A stretch of 52,770 bases of DNA, counting the filler, from Squatina squatina (lineage: Eukaryota): NCBI GenBank assembly GCA_031763465.1. It is 3 parts of 3 records of this genome, joined end to end, with 100 filler letters (N's around TTAATTAATTAA, not from the genome) between each part and the next. Parts side by side here need not be neighbours in the genome. Positions count along the whole stretch, not along the records: positions 1 to 15,927 come from JARFOE010000194.1; positions 16,028 to 38,228 come from JARFOE010000004.1; 1 more part is not named here. One strand, written 5' to 3'. The position numbers and the translations under genes are program-made. This document shows, in pieces, positions 11,898-25,383 of the stretch. Every line of letters begins with the position of its first letter. Position 1 is the first letter of the stretch. The notes beneath the pieces are model-generated. The model had not been told where the DNA came from. It ran no database searches and worked only from the letters and a program-made list of their open reading frames with translations.

Positions 11898-13639
11898 NNN
11901 NNNNNNNNNNNNNNNNNNNNNNNNNNNNNNNNNNNNNNNNNNNNNNNNNNNNNNNNNNNNNNNNNNNNNNNNNNNNNNNNNNNNNNNNNNNNNNNNNATA
12001 TGCTTCAGAACATTGACAGAAGATTCAATTAGTGAGCAAACTACTAAAACTGAATTTACCATTTAACAAAAAATGAATGAAATGAAGAATAAATTGACTT
12101 GTAATGGACACCCAAATCTAAAAGCAAGCTAGTACGACAAGTACAGTTAGTCACTGCGTGCCAGGTATAATTTTGACACTAGCAATCTGCCAACTATCTC
12201 ATTATTAAAGAGGTCATTTATCATTCAGAGTCTTACTTGTGGGTAGTAAATGCAAAACTTGAAGCGAATCTCGCTTTTCATGGTTTCAAGCAGAAGAGTC
12301 ACACCCTGTGCCCTAAATTTTAGCTGTCAATATTACTGAACAGACAAGAAGTGTGTGGATTATTTTGTGATTAGTAATTTAGTATCCTGTTGGCAACACA
12401 ATGTTTGTTGCTTGGATTCTGCTTAAGCCAGTCTAGGCAACAAAGCTATGTTGCCTGCGGCTGAAAGGCAAAATGATTTCTATCCTCTTAGTGTGGCATT
12501 CATTTACATTCACTGACTGCAGCTTTGCATCTTTTGAGGTTGATGAATCCATATTCTGTCTGCAAACAGACTGTACACTAAAGAAGACAATAACTGTCTC
12601 TGTTAGTTGCACAGGTGGAGACAACGTTTTAATTCGACAGGATCCCATTACCAGATAACAAGAGTAATAATGAATCACTCTTGTGTAGATAACAACGGGA
12701 CGTGTTTCTTCTGAACAGTCATTCAACATTTCAAACATTGCATTAAACATAATCAAAAAAGTCGCNNNNNNNNNNNNNNNNNNNNNNNNNNNNNNNNNNN
12801 NNNNNNNNNNNNNNNNNNNNNNNNNNNNNNNNNNNNNNNNNNNNNNNNNNNNNNNNNNNNNNNNNCCTTAACAAAGGGGAACTCGGATTAAAGATTGGGA
12901 GTGCCTTTCACTCTCATTTCGGTTATTGTAATTTCTTCTGATAAATTTCAATAACATTCAAGCAAAGCTGTCCAAAAGTCAATGCAGGGATGATGGATAT
13001 TAAGCAGGGTATTCACTGAAAGGAGTAATTTTATTATCATATTTCAAAGGAGAAGGTGCTTGTGTTATTTAATCACTACAATTAAATTATTGTAGACTTT
13101 CAAAAAAATCAATTTCAAAACACAGGTTTATATCAATTACATCCAATTGGTGTCTCGATTTATTGTTTAGAGTACTGCACAGTTTTTAGAATAATGATTC
13201 ATTCAGCAGTAACTGCAACATGTTTTATGTTTTGCAGCAAATCTTATTAGAAAATATTTCCTGTGAAAAGGTTAATGAAGTCCCCTGGGCAATTAGAATT
13301 TTATAAATAGTAAGGCATGCAGACATTGAAAATTTGCCCTATTACAGTCTCTTCAAAAGATAAACAATTGCTATAAAACATTTAACAGCAAAGTAACATT
13401 GAGAACCAAATCCTCAATTTGTGTTAAACATATGTTAATGAACTAATTAATAATGAGCAGAGTTGTTTTGTAGCTAAAGGTTAGCACTATCAGTCAGTAA
13501 AACAGATGACTTTAATCTTGCATTTAAACATGTGAACACTTTTTAACTAGACAAGTGATGTCATGTTGGCTATTTGTTTTTAAACTCTTCATAATCATAG
13601 AACTTCAGTACAAAAGGAGGCCATTCAGCAAACGTGCCC

Positions 13640-13982
13640 TTCAACTGGAGTTATCCTTGGCCCCCTCCTATTTCTCATCTACATGCTGCGCTGCGGCGAC
13701 ATCATCCAAAAACACATCAGGTTTCACATGTACGCTGACGACACCCAACTCTACCTCAGCGCCACATTTCTTGGCCCCTCCACTGTCTCTAAATTGTCAA
13801 ACTGTTTGGGCGACATCCAGTACAGGAATTTCTTCCGACCAAATATTGGGAAGACCAAAGCTTTGTTCCCTAGCCACCAACTTCAACCCGCTCCCTTGCA
13901 TCTGTCTGAGGCTGAACCAGACTGCTTGAAACCTTGGTGTCGTATTTGACCCCAAGGTGAGTTTCCGACCACATATCCACGT
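13640..13982 (+). mobile_element. L2-clade LINE RT fragment
   Basis: Contains IIQKHIRFHMYADDTQLYLS (RT YADD motif) and NIGKTKAL. Confidence 0.85.
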
Positions 13983-15971
13983 NNNNNNNNNNNNNNNNNN
14001 NNNNNNNNNNNNNNNNNNNNNNNNNNNNNNNNNNNNNNNNNNNNNNNNNNNNNNNNNNNNNNNNNNNNNNNNNNNNNNNNNNTCCCACCACCACTGTAAC
14101 TGCCAACAACATATATATTAGTGGCGTTAATGGTTGTGATTAATCATGAACTGAAATAATCTTCATTTCCACTGTCATTATCATTACTACCTGCATATAA
14201 ATACACATTTTCTATTTTTTAAATTCCAGTTTCCTCCTCTTCTCCCAGCACTGATTCATACAGATTGTAGCAGCCCTCCAGTATCTCACTGACCCATTCT
14301 TCAAGTGTAAGCCTTGTGAGTGAGTGTTAGCGATCAAAATCCAGAACACTGGCCAATTTTTAGCCCCGTAAACCAGAGGCATTGAAGCTGGTTTTAACAG
14401 CTGTCTGAGATCAGCTAACTCGGCACAGATTTGGAATCAAACCTGGCCTGAGGCCCGGAGGTTAAACTGGCCGGGCCTCACACCGGCACTATCATGGGTG
14501 CTTGCTGCCCACCCCAGCCTGGCACCAAGTATTCATGTCCTGACTTAAAATCGGGGCTCAATAGTGTCACAGTTTTTACCTTTGAAGAATCAATGTTGAC
14601 TGAGAAAATACTCGTATACTCAGGGGTGGTGTAATAGCTCTTTTGCAGGTATCACTTTTGCGGTTTTATATGCCGTGGACAATCATCTCTTCAAAATGAA
14701 ACAAATGTAGAATCAGCTTTAAGTTAAGACTGAATGGGTGAAACATTCTTGGTAAAATACATAATTACTCTGATAACGGTGGCTCACTTTCAGTGTCTGA
14801 TTTTATTCTGCAGTTAGATTTTCCAGACTTATTGTATACCATAGACAGGAATGTTCAACAGTCTGATGATTCAGTAAGTTTGCTAAATCGACAACTCACA
14901 GTGCAAATCTCACAAAAAGATTGTGTGTTGAAAGGTGGAGATGAAACAGAAAGCACAGTCAAAGCCTGGACCTCACAACCTGCTCAGGTTTCTGGGCTGT
15001 TGAAAAGAATTGTACAATAAATTGAGATTTTGTAACTTTTCCCATGTTACTCCATGTACAGTTTTTATCACCGTCTTTAAATAAAGAATTCTTCTGTTTT
15101 CCCTAGATTGCCACTGTTCCTCTTTTTTTTCTTTCTAATAATGTTCTGTATGGCAAGGGAGCAGAAAACTTGATCACATGCAGAAGGACAAGGCATATGG
15201 AGCACAGCTGACCTGCCAGCTACAAGGTACTTGGGTAAGTGGAAAGATGATTATTTTAAAAATTGTTTTTCGTCAGTTATTTTCCATGCCTTGTAAACAC
15301 TAAGAGGTGACCCTATTTTAATAAAATTATGTTTTTTAAAAGAGGGAAGAATTTGTACCCTCCAACATTATCAGTTGTTTTGTATCTAAAAGTTACAAAA
15401 TTCAGAGATCACTTTAACAGGAGCTTTTAATGTTAGCCTAATCCTGAAATAGTCATCTAAATCTTAGGGATTTACATAAAGATTGGTTATTGATGCCAAG
15501 TCCAATGAATGCTTTTGATAAGAACGTAACACTAATTCTTCTAAAGGATGTCACAAATTGTGAACTTTAAGGAAACCTAACTTTATCATTAATAATCCTA
15601 TTCAACATATCATGTATTAGAATACTTTATAAACAGAATGTCAATGGACTATTTAATTGTTCATCACTTTAAGTATTTATGGTTTGATTGGCACATTAAA
15701 GATTAATATTTACATTTACTTTTGCTGCTTCAATGAACTCCGTAGCAAAATCATTTTCTTTTTGTCACAAGCCCAATCCTGATTCAAAACAAGTCTGCCC
15801 ACAATGTGTACTTTTTCCAGTAATCTTGTTTATTGCATTTGTTGACAAGTTCCTTGTTTGCTCACTCTCCAGATCATATATTGTAAAATGTTGAGCCTGC
15901 CTCCATAATTTATAGTTAGTAATGTTTNNNNNNNNNNNNNNNNNNNNNNNNNNNNNNNNNNNNNNNNNNNN

Positions 15972-15983
15972 TTAATTAATTAA
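15972..15983. other. Artificial scaffold linker TTAATTAATTAA (six-frame stop spacer)
   Basis: Exactly 44 N + 12 nt + 44 N = 100 (15928-16027). Identical structure at 38229-38328. Confidence 0.92.
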
Positions 15984-16639
15984 NNNNNNNNNNNNNNNNN
16001 NNNNNNNNNNNNNNNNNNNNNNNNNNNTAATGCATAATAATGAAGTTATCTCTGTATGTACAGCATAACTGTTAAATAATTATTAGCAAGGGAAAACAGT
16101 TCAAAATAGCAGCTGTTGCTGTGTTATTGCTTCTTATCTTCTTGCTATGTTTGCTTAAGTCGCAAGCACAGGCTGACATTTAGCGTAGAGGAGATAATTC
16201 TTCATTTGAAAGCATCAATAGCGGACTGAAACAGGACACAGAAGCTCAGTTATGTGATAGGTTGCTTGATCGTTACTTGATATTTCCAATTAGCTTGCTG
16301 TTAACCTTTTTTAAGTGACAAATGTTCTTTTATATCTTTTGGTGCAGCATGTTTGACATCAGACTAATATTATGGTCAAAAAGGCTGTAATTTGGAACAA
16401 ATGGGATTGGTCTTCTGGTCGGTGCAGCGGAGCAAATTATGTTGGTGCAAACTTAATTCCCCACTTATTAAACAATGGAGGATCATATTGATATAAATAT
16501 AGGTTTTAAACTTGGCCATGATGCGCAGGGCAGACATGCAGGTTAAATGATTTATTTCTCAGTTGCAGGAATATTTAAAAAAAAGCAGGCACAAGAAGAT
16601 GGCTTTCAAGTCATTTAGATTGTTGTAGCAGAATCTGAA

Positions 16640-16792
16640 AGGCTTCGCCAGCAGCACAAAACTGGCCTCATAGCGAATCAGCAGTCCATTTTACAACACG
16701 CCTGATTTTCTTTTAAAATTGGGCGCGGTGTAAAATGGGCTGGTTCTGCTATAACTCTGCTTCATACTATTGGCAAAGATCAATTTCACCCC
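16640..16792. mobile_element. Palindromic MITE-like element
   Basis: GTCCATTTTACAACACGCCTGATTTT pairs imperfectly with AAAATTGGGCGCGGTGTAAAATGGGC; terminus AATTTCACCCC. Related to 3332-3507. Confidence 0.6.
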
Positions 16793-19700
16793 TTTAACTT
16801 TAACATTCAAATAGTGGAATCTAAATTTAACACTGTGCCTGTTTTATGGGCCTAAAATGAGCGCAACGCTGACCAATTTAGCAGGGCAGAGGCTCACGCC
16901 GATCTACCTGAAATGAGCACAGACTTTGTTTCAATATTGAAATGAGGTTACTGCGCTCACATCAGACCCAGATTGGTAAATTGGGTTTCCTAGTCGTGTC
17001 TTGTAGTATGCAAGCTCCGACTGGTACTTATAGATGTTGAGCAACGTTTCCAACGGTCGTTCAGAGAACTGCTGGGGGCCAGCTGAAAAAAGGAACCAAA
17101 ACTTGGAATATCTTAAGCATTGCATAGAGTTGTAAAGAGCTGGAATACACTTCCTAACTCCACAAGACAGTTGTAGGCTGCTGCCAGTTTGCCTTCCCAC
17201 CCACCTTCCGATCCTCTCTCCCCCGCCACCCCACCCCCGGACTCGCCTCTGGGTACTCTGTTCTCGGGCCTCTCCATTCCACCTCGTCGTTTCTGTGCAC
17301 TCGGTTTGGTTCTAAAGCATTCAGACCCCAATACGTCTAATCTTAGATCAGGGGAGGAATGGCTCAAGTCTCTAGGAAATCTTCATCAACAGGTTGATAG
17401 AAATAGTGCCTGGAGCAATTTTCCTCTTTTCAGATTTATTTTTTGATTTAAATTGCAGGTAGTCTTATTGATTTGAACTGTAGGATTTTTCTGCAAATTG
17501 AGAAACAGTTTTGTTCTGTTGTAAAGATGTTGTACCAATTAGCTAACCAATCCATCTGCCATGTACTTACAAATTGTTCTTGTTTATCTGTGGAAAGAAT
17601 TGCTACACTGTCCTCTGTATTGTGTAGGAACTGATTACTTATTGATGGAAAGTTGCAATCCTGTCTATTGTTTTTAAACTGAATTTATGCACAAGCATTG
17701 GTTTGATTTGTTATGGCGATCAGCCATGTTAATCTGAAAATGGTATATGANNNNNNNNNNNNNNNNNNNNNNNNNNNNNNNNNNNNNNNNNNNNNNNNNN
17801 NNNNNNNNNNNNNNNNNNNNNNNNNNNNNNNNNNNNNNNNNNNNNNNNNNGTGGGTCTGTCAAGAGAAATTTTCACAGATCGCAACTTCTGGGTTTAGGG
17901 GCACGTGCAGTGCATCCCTAAGGCCGTAACTTGCGGGGTCCCTACGGGCACGTGTGTACTCCATATGCACCCTGAGAGGCCGGAATGTCAGGGCCAATAA
18001 TGTATACAAGTGGACATTGTGAGGTAGGAGGGTTACACCACACTTGGCAATTTGTTTTTGATGTTTGTTGCTGAACAGTTACGGATGGCAGAGTCCTGTT
18101 ATCAGATCAGATGAATTCAACTGCAAACCATGACTGAACCCCAGTTATGCAAAACTTTATTTAGCTACATGCTACAAAGAAACAACATAATTTGAAAATA
18201 TTCTTTTACTCACTTCCTTATTCAGGTTTCACATTTGATTAAAAGTCTAATTCAGTTTCAAGAAGCTATAATTGGGGGAAAAATACAAATAAAATAAAAA
18301 TGAACAAACATGACAAGTTGGTTTACCTTTAGTCTGTGTCAGCCTCATGTTGCTACCCAGATGGTTGAAAGTACAACGCTCCAATAGTTTTTTTTATCTC
18401 AGTTTTCCGGACATATCTTTTCAGTGAAAAGCCATATGGACAGCAACACACCGGCAGATAAAAGCCAGGATGAGTCTTTCTATTACTGAGCCTAATTGGA
18501 ACTATTCTAGCATGTCTGGCATCAGTGCAGCAGGTGGGAGGGAAATCTTTATCACTGGCAGTATCACTGTCATTATGGTAATGACAAGTTTGAATTTCTA
18601 CACACACACAAGCATTCCTCACAGATGCAAATGTTGCTCAGCAGTTCAAAAGCATTGCAAAGATAATAAATGCCAAAAGGACTTTATATGTTAAAGAGTG
18701 TAAGGTGTGTCTGCTATCTACTCATGCCCTACAGATACTCATTTAAGCCCCAATAATGGAGACATGACCCACACACTTTGACTGACAGTGAAGCACCACT
18801 CTCTCCATCTGTGTGTGGAATCAGGTTAGCTGGGTTTGGGATTCCAAACCACATTGGGAATTTATATGTGCTATCCCATCTGTCTGTTGATTATTTCCAA
18901 GATACCAGTCAAGTGCCCTCTGACGCCTGCTAGGAGTTTGCAGAAAGAGCTCATGTAGGCCTGAGACAGATAATGAACAATTTCTCACATAGAGCAAAAG
19001 CATAAATAGTGCCTATCATATGTAGTACAGTACAGTGCATCTTCAAATTGCATCACACAATTCCAAATCCAGTGAGAAGTGCTCTGCTGGCATTCAATAA
19101 ACAGTTCCTTGAGATTATAAAGTCAATTAAACAGCAGAAGGTCAAGCTGTAGTACTGGTTACATTTACTGCAGCTCTCTGTGTGGCATGAAATGACATGG
19201 CATGTGACATAATTGAAAATGGTCTTTAACAATTTGTTCAGTCCGTGTTACTGGCAATTCTGCAGCCTTGAGATGCAGTGTAAACAAAAACAATGACTGA
19301 TAGCTAATGGTCACACAGAGCAACATGGAACAAAATACATTGTAAAATTAACCCATGGACTAGATATTTTTATATATATTGGGCTTCCTCATTAAATATA
19401 TTGCATAAAAATAGCAACTCAATATATTGAGAACCCACTTAGAAATTCAGGGCCATTAAATCAGCTGTTCTATGTTGTGAGGAATATTAAGGCCAGGAAA
19501 TGGTATATTTTTTCCACTTTTGATACACCAACCACCTTTTTGTCGGCTGCAGCAATTAGCAATGCAAAAGCAAAGTGCTTTTGGAACAAATCTAGTGCAA
19601 AAACCATTAAGGACCTTAATATTTTTAAAAGCGTAAGTGAGGGTTAGCGGCAAAGCAAAGACGTTTGACACTGGCCCCGAAGAAAGCTTCCCACAAAGGT

Positions 19701-22700
19701 CTTGCAATCTCTGTTGTTGGAAGTTCATCTTTTCTGACATGTAATTGAACTCAAAACAAGTTAATGGGGNNNNNNNNNNNNNNNNNNNNNNNNNNNNNNN
19801 NNNNNNNNNNNNNNNNNNNNNNNNNNNNNNNNNNNNNNNNNNNNNNNNNNNNNNNNNNNNNNNNNNNNNATTAATTAAAATCTGAGTTACAATGGGGAAT
19901 TTTGCAAGGGGTCAGCGGATGTGATGAGTGGAGGGTCCGGCGGGAAAATGATTTTTTGGCTGCGGGTCGGAACCCCGCTGTCAATCCGCCACCACGCACC
20001 TTTCCCCGATGTTGGGTCTGTCAGCGCTGAGCAGACCTGACACGCAGCTGCAGGGTAGGCAATTCAGGTCATTATGACCTTGTTAACAGTGGATTAAGAA
20101 CTATTTTTAACTCCCCTTCAGAGTTTGCCAGGTCACCCATGTGGTCCACGCTGCTCAGGGATCACATCAGGTGAGCAGGGTGGGAGTTGAATGGCCAAGG
20201 AATCTTGACAGCTTGAAATGTGATAGGGGTGTCTCAAAACGTTTATGTTTCCTTAAATGAACAGATAATTCAAAAATATAGCTTCTCTGGACTTAACTAA
20301 AATTTGGATTTTTGGAAAATTCTAAACTGGAGCTTAATTCTGAATATTTGCAAGACCGTAGTAAATTATGGGCATTTGGCAAATGGAGCTAAACTCACAT
20401 GTAAAAAAATAAATTCCTGATTGACACTGGGAATGTCAACAATTGGCCATTTCCAAGACTCAAAGAGTAAATATGTTGTGTGGTATTGTACAGAGATACC
20501 ATAGGGATGATTCTAGGTTCAAGTGTCAGTCTGTATTGAGTTAGTTGATCTTCATTAGGCCACAGAGATAGGAGAGCTGGGTAAGGAAAAAATCAGCCAT
20601 GGCTTCTGCTCTCGAGTGAGTCTTGCTGAACAATGTGCCAGAAGAATTGTGTTCCGCCAGGATTCCTTTGCTCTTTGCATCCATCCTCTGAAAGGAGCAT
20701 GGCAGCACTTATAGGGGAAAATTCCAAGTTGCTGTCCTTAAGCTGACTTCAGCAAACAGTCCTCCGATTAGCACCGACTCTGGGCTCCACTTATGGGCAA
20801 CATGCATATCGGTCCCAGCAAATTACAACATGGCCCACTTTAATTGGATCAATGCTACCCTCTCGAACATGCCTACGCAGAAATTTCTGACAGCTGCAAA
20901 CAATGTCAGAAAGTGGTGACCTCTGACTGTAGCAAATGATTGAATCAAAGTGTGGAGAACTATTGTTACTAGTTGTTGGTGGGCAATCAGAAACATTGCC
21001 AACACCCAGAAACTTGACCTTTATATGCCTTGACCACTGAAAAGAGCAGCCAATAAGGGTGTGAATTAGTGTAGAATGGTTGGAAGTTTCACAATGTTAG
21101 GCCATGGTCACTCGGTTGAGACTCATCAGTCTTGATTGGATTAAAATAGTTAAATATATAATTGTCCAAATAATCTAACATTCCAAATAATTTAATTACC
21201 CATGCACATAATCACAACTGGCTTTAGGTTTGTTATTTTGTGCATCATGTCAGGCCATATGATCACAGCTGTCTGAGTCCCGCAGGATGTAATGATATGC
21301 AGATTATTAAACATTTCATAGTTTATAGGGTGTAAAACAGATGTTACTGTTTAAACATTACAGCATTGATTTCAAAAGTTAATTGTTTTAATATGTCAAA
21401 AGAGCAGTATTTTCACAAATGCATACGGAAATGCATTTATTCTTACTGTTAAATATTGATACTTCACTACTGAGAAACATTTTTAACAGAATGAATCTTT
21501 CTGTTTGAATTCATGCTGGTAAGGAAGGACTGTGGTCCTTCGATTGGCTGGATTAGGTCTCCTTTACACTACTTGTCATAAAACAATGAGCAGATCTCAT
21601 CCAGAGCAGGTTCTTTTGTTAAGTAGCTAAACAATTTTCTATTTAATGGTTGACAAGTTCTCTTATCATCTAATGCATAATAATATGTTATTTGCAAACT
21701 GTGGCAGTAGATTTTTTACTGTTAATATATAACTTGTGAATTGTCCAGCTGCCTTAGCCCATTTCCCTACTGTTCCTTGCATCTGAAATCATTGCTTAGT
21801 TACCAAAACAATTCCTTCATATGCTTATCTGCACCCCCACTACTAAGCAGAGATGATAAAGCTTTGCATTCTACAAGGATGACTTCCAGTATTTGAACAT
21901 TCTCTGTCTTGAACAAGTAATGACTGATTTGTCTTCAGCCTAGTAGATGGCCTGAATCCCCATTATCTTTGCAGTCTACATTTTCCCAGCACCTGTTTAT
22001 ACCTGTGTCTCTTTGTTCTATTTTTATGGCTTATCTTGAGTACTGCTCAAGGTTTACTTTTACTATGCCATATTAGCATCCTTTATGTTACCCCTCTGTT
22101 AACTCGTAAAGATTTAAAGAGCTCAAGTTTCTTGAGTATTTTTTCTTGCACTGCCTCCAGAACTTGTGTGTTTCACTTGTGGCCTGGCGATCAGAACTGG
22201 ACAAAGTATTCAAGGTGCAGTCTGAATTGCTGAGGAGGATACAACTGAATGCAACAGTAATGGTGCACACTGGAACTGCATTTATTGGGCAGCTCTGAAG
22301 AACACCAATTTACTGGCCCCCATAGTTTACATGAACTGGATGTGCTCCACACACGTTTACAAATTCCGATCTGCCTTGGATGCCTTCTCAGTAGCATCAG
22401 TCACTGTCTTACTTTTATGAGCGTTGCCTGGCACTGTCTTGTATCTACTTGCATGACGATGTAATCCAGGGACAAAATAGTACTATCCCCTTGAGATCTG
22501 GACTAGATATTGCTGCCTTTTCCATAAATGAATCTTCAATCTTTTTNNNNNNNNNNNNNNNNNNNNNNNNNNNNNNNNNNNNNNNNNNNNNNNNNNNNNN
22601 NNNNNNNNNNNNNNNNNNNNNNNNNNNNNNNNNNNNNNNNNNNNNNAAAAAAAGTTGGGGGGAAAAATTGAAGGCAAGATCATGCATGTGGAAAGAATAG

Positions 22701-22798
22701 AGAGTCATCAAAGCAATCACACAAGTTGCATTTGGTATCCCAAATGTTGGAGGAGACCATCTCATCTAGCTGGTTTATTTATTTATTTTTTAAACTTT

Positions 22799-23480
22799 GG
22801 CGTCGATTTTTAACCCCAGCATGTTTCAGTCATGGTGAAATGTAAAACCCACTTGCTTGCCTAAGTTTGAGGCCTTGATAATTTTAACTCCTGGGCGGCA
22901 TCTACATGCTGCCAGCCAACTGCCCACTCAAAACAGGAGGAGAGCAATAACTGGCTGACGGACGGGAGAGGAAGTTCAGGTAGCCTGGGGCTGCTGGTCA
23001 GCACCAAAGGAAGGAAGGCTTGCAAGTGGGTAATTCACAGGAAAGAGATTTTGGGAGGGTCTCATCAGAGGAAAAGGGGATGGGGGAGTCTGGATCAGGG
23101 GGAGGCCAGGATTTTCCTTGTGGGCACAGAATAACACTTCTGCTCCTCATGGCCCACAAAGGAAAGCTTTACACTTACCTCAGAAGGTCTTTTCTCTACT
23201 GCCCAGCTGCAGACCTGCTTCTGCTTGGTGGGAAATCTGCTGTTGCTTCCCTGCTCAGGCCTCTGAAACCACCCAGGGTCCATTTGATGTAGCAGGACTC
23301 CTGATTCATGAGGTGCTCGCTTGCTTTAAGAGGGCACCTCATCCACCTGCAAGTTAAAATCANNNNNNNNNNAATCAACAATGTCGGGAAAGGATTGAAG
23401 TACAAGCGGGTAAATGTCCCCTGGTTTCAACTACCCACCTGCCCAGTTTCTGCCGAGTGGATAAGGTTAAAATCAACCCC
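22799..23480. mobile_element. Non-autonomous DNA element with degenerate terminal inverted repeats
   Basis: Left GGCGTCGATTTTTAACC versus right GGTTAAAATCAACCCC. The interior is more GC-rich than the flanks. Confidence 0.5.
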
Positions 23481-23857
23481 TTTGTTTTACTTCACTAAAC
23501 TCTTTTTATAGATATATGATTGGGATGTATTTGTAGGCGCTGTGGGGTGGAAGACAAATGGAATGAAATGTGTCCGAATAAAGTATTGAGAATGTTATCA
23601 GTGTGATCATGTGAAGGTTTGGTATCAGTGTAATCAACTGAGATGTGTGATTTCCTACACAATTTAATCAGTGCAGATTGTAAAATTTTAATTCACTCTA
23701 AATGTTTCCCAAGTTAACCTCTTAGGATAGATCTTGGGAGGTCCATCATTTCTGCTGTATTAATCCCAGAACCCCCTCTGTGCTTTATAAGGCACTGCAC
23801 TTTAGCATATTTGACATTTCTACGTTCTGGTACTAATTTAATAATGATGTAAAAACA

Positions 23858-24649
23858 AAGGAACTGTGCCTGGAGTTTATACAGTGAGTCAGGACCACAG
23901 GACAATCTGTAAGAAATTTAAAGGATTTGTTTGAACCTCCAGAACCCTCTGCCGCACGNNNNNNNNNNNNNNNNNNNNNNNNNNNNNNNNNNNNNNNNNN
24001 NNNNNNNNNNNNNNNNNNNNNNNNNNNNNNNNNNNNNNNNNNNNNNNNNNNNNNNNNNCACAACAATGCTAAACTGAGAGCAAATCCAGAGTCAGGGCCT
24101 GACCTGATTCCAGAGCAAAGGGGAGGAAAGAGAGCCGTCTCAAAATGGTTGGTCTGACACGACCTTAGATGCAAAGATCTGGTTTGCTAGGTGCTGGGGA
24201 AGGTCTGTTGGGCTCCTGGACACTTTGTACGTCTACCTGAGGTTCATTTAAAATGTTGAAAAGTAGAAATTCTTCCCTCCCTGCTAGTTAAATATTTAGA
24301 TTTCTAACTTTTGGGAGACTCTGCACATGCATGTGTCCAGGCATGCTCACAGTTCTCTTCTAAACAGGACAGATAGAATTTCTAGTCAGGCAGGAGGCAA
24401 GCAGTGTAAACACGATTCTGCCAAGCCAGAACTCAAACTATCCAAGACCAGAAGCAGCGGTGTAAGTAGGCTTTTTTTTTATTTCTTAATCATTTCAAAC
24501 ACCATGTTGAACGTTCACTCTTCCAGAATGTCATTGTACCAGTGACTGAAGGAACTGTGCCTGGAGTTTATACAGTGAGTCAGGACCACAGGACAATCTG
24601 TAATAAATTTAAAGGATTTGTTTGAACCTCCAGAACCCTCTGCCGCACG
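23858..24649 (+). repeat. 101-bp direct repeat (23858-23958 and 24549-24649), one mismatch
   Basis: AAGGAACTGTGCC...CTGCCGCACG occurs twice, differing only at G23913/T24604. The first copy ends exactly at a gap. Confidence 0.9.
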
Positions 24650-25383
24650 AATAAGTGGAACTGTGGCATTACTTTGAAATCTTTCCCTTTGTTTAGCTCA
24701 CTGACACCAGGTCTGACCTGGAGTCAAATACTCACTTTTCAATTTGATTATGCAGCTGCAGGATGCTGTCCAATTTCCTCATTAATGATCTTAAAGCCTG
24801 AGCAAGCTTTAACATACTTTCACAAATGTTTATTAATCATTTTTAGAGGGGTACAAATCTGATTGGTTAATCAGGATTAATACAGATGAATGGTCTGTTA
24901 GTGCTTTCTACTGAAGTTATAGTGCCTTTCACTCACATCTGCTTTTAAGTTAAAATTATGAACAGAGGAAAATATTGCTCTAGATATGTTCTCTGATCTC
25001 TGTGGGTGGGATTAAGTGGCTTTGGTAAGAAAACCAGTTTTAAAGAAAATAAACAAATGCTGTGGTAAATGACCTATTAAAATGCTTTGGGCCATTTCTT
25101 GGACTATTTAAGTGGTACTTTTGGATAATGACAATCCTTTCAGTTTAGTAGTGATTTTTCACGAAGAAAANNNNNNNNNNNNNNNNNNNNNNNNNNNNNN
25201 NNNNNNNNNNNNNNNNNNNNNNNNNNNNNNNNNNNNNNNNNNNNNNNNNNNNNNNNNNNNNNNNNNNNNNCTGCATGTGGCAAAGGCGCATAAGCAACCT
25301 GAAGTCATTGTGGCGTCGCTGGGGCAGTGCACAGATCTGTCAGAGAACAGCGGATAGGAAGGATGGACACCAAGGTTACTTAC

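Noticed and set aside
15972-15983. TTAATTAATTAA as a biological palindrome, homeodomain site or piggyBac footprint
   Set aside because: It is centred exactly in a 100-nt N block and repeated identically at 38273, so it is a synthetic spacer.
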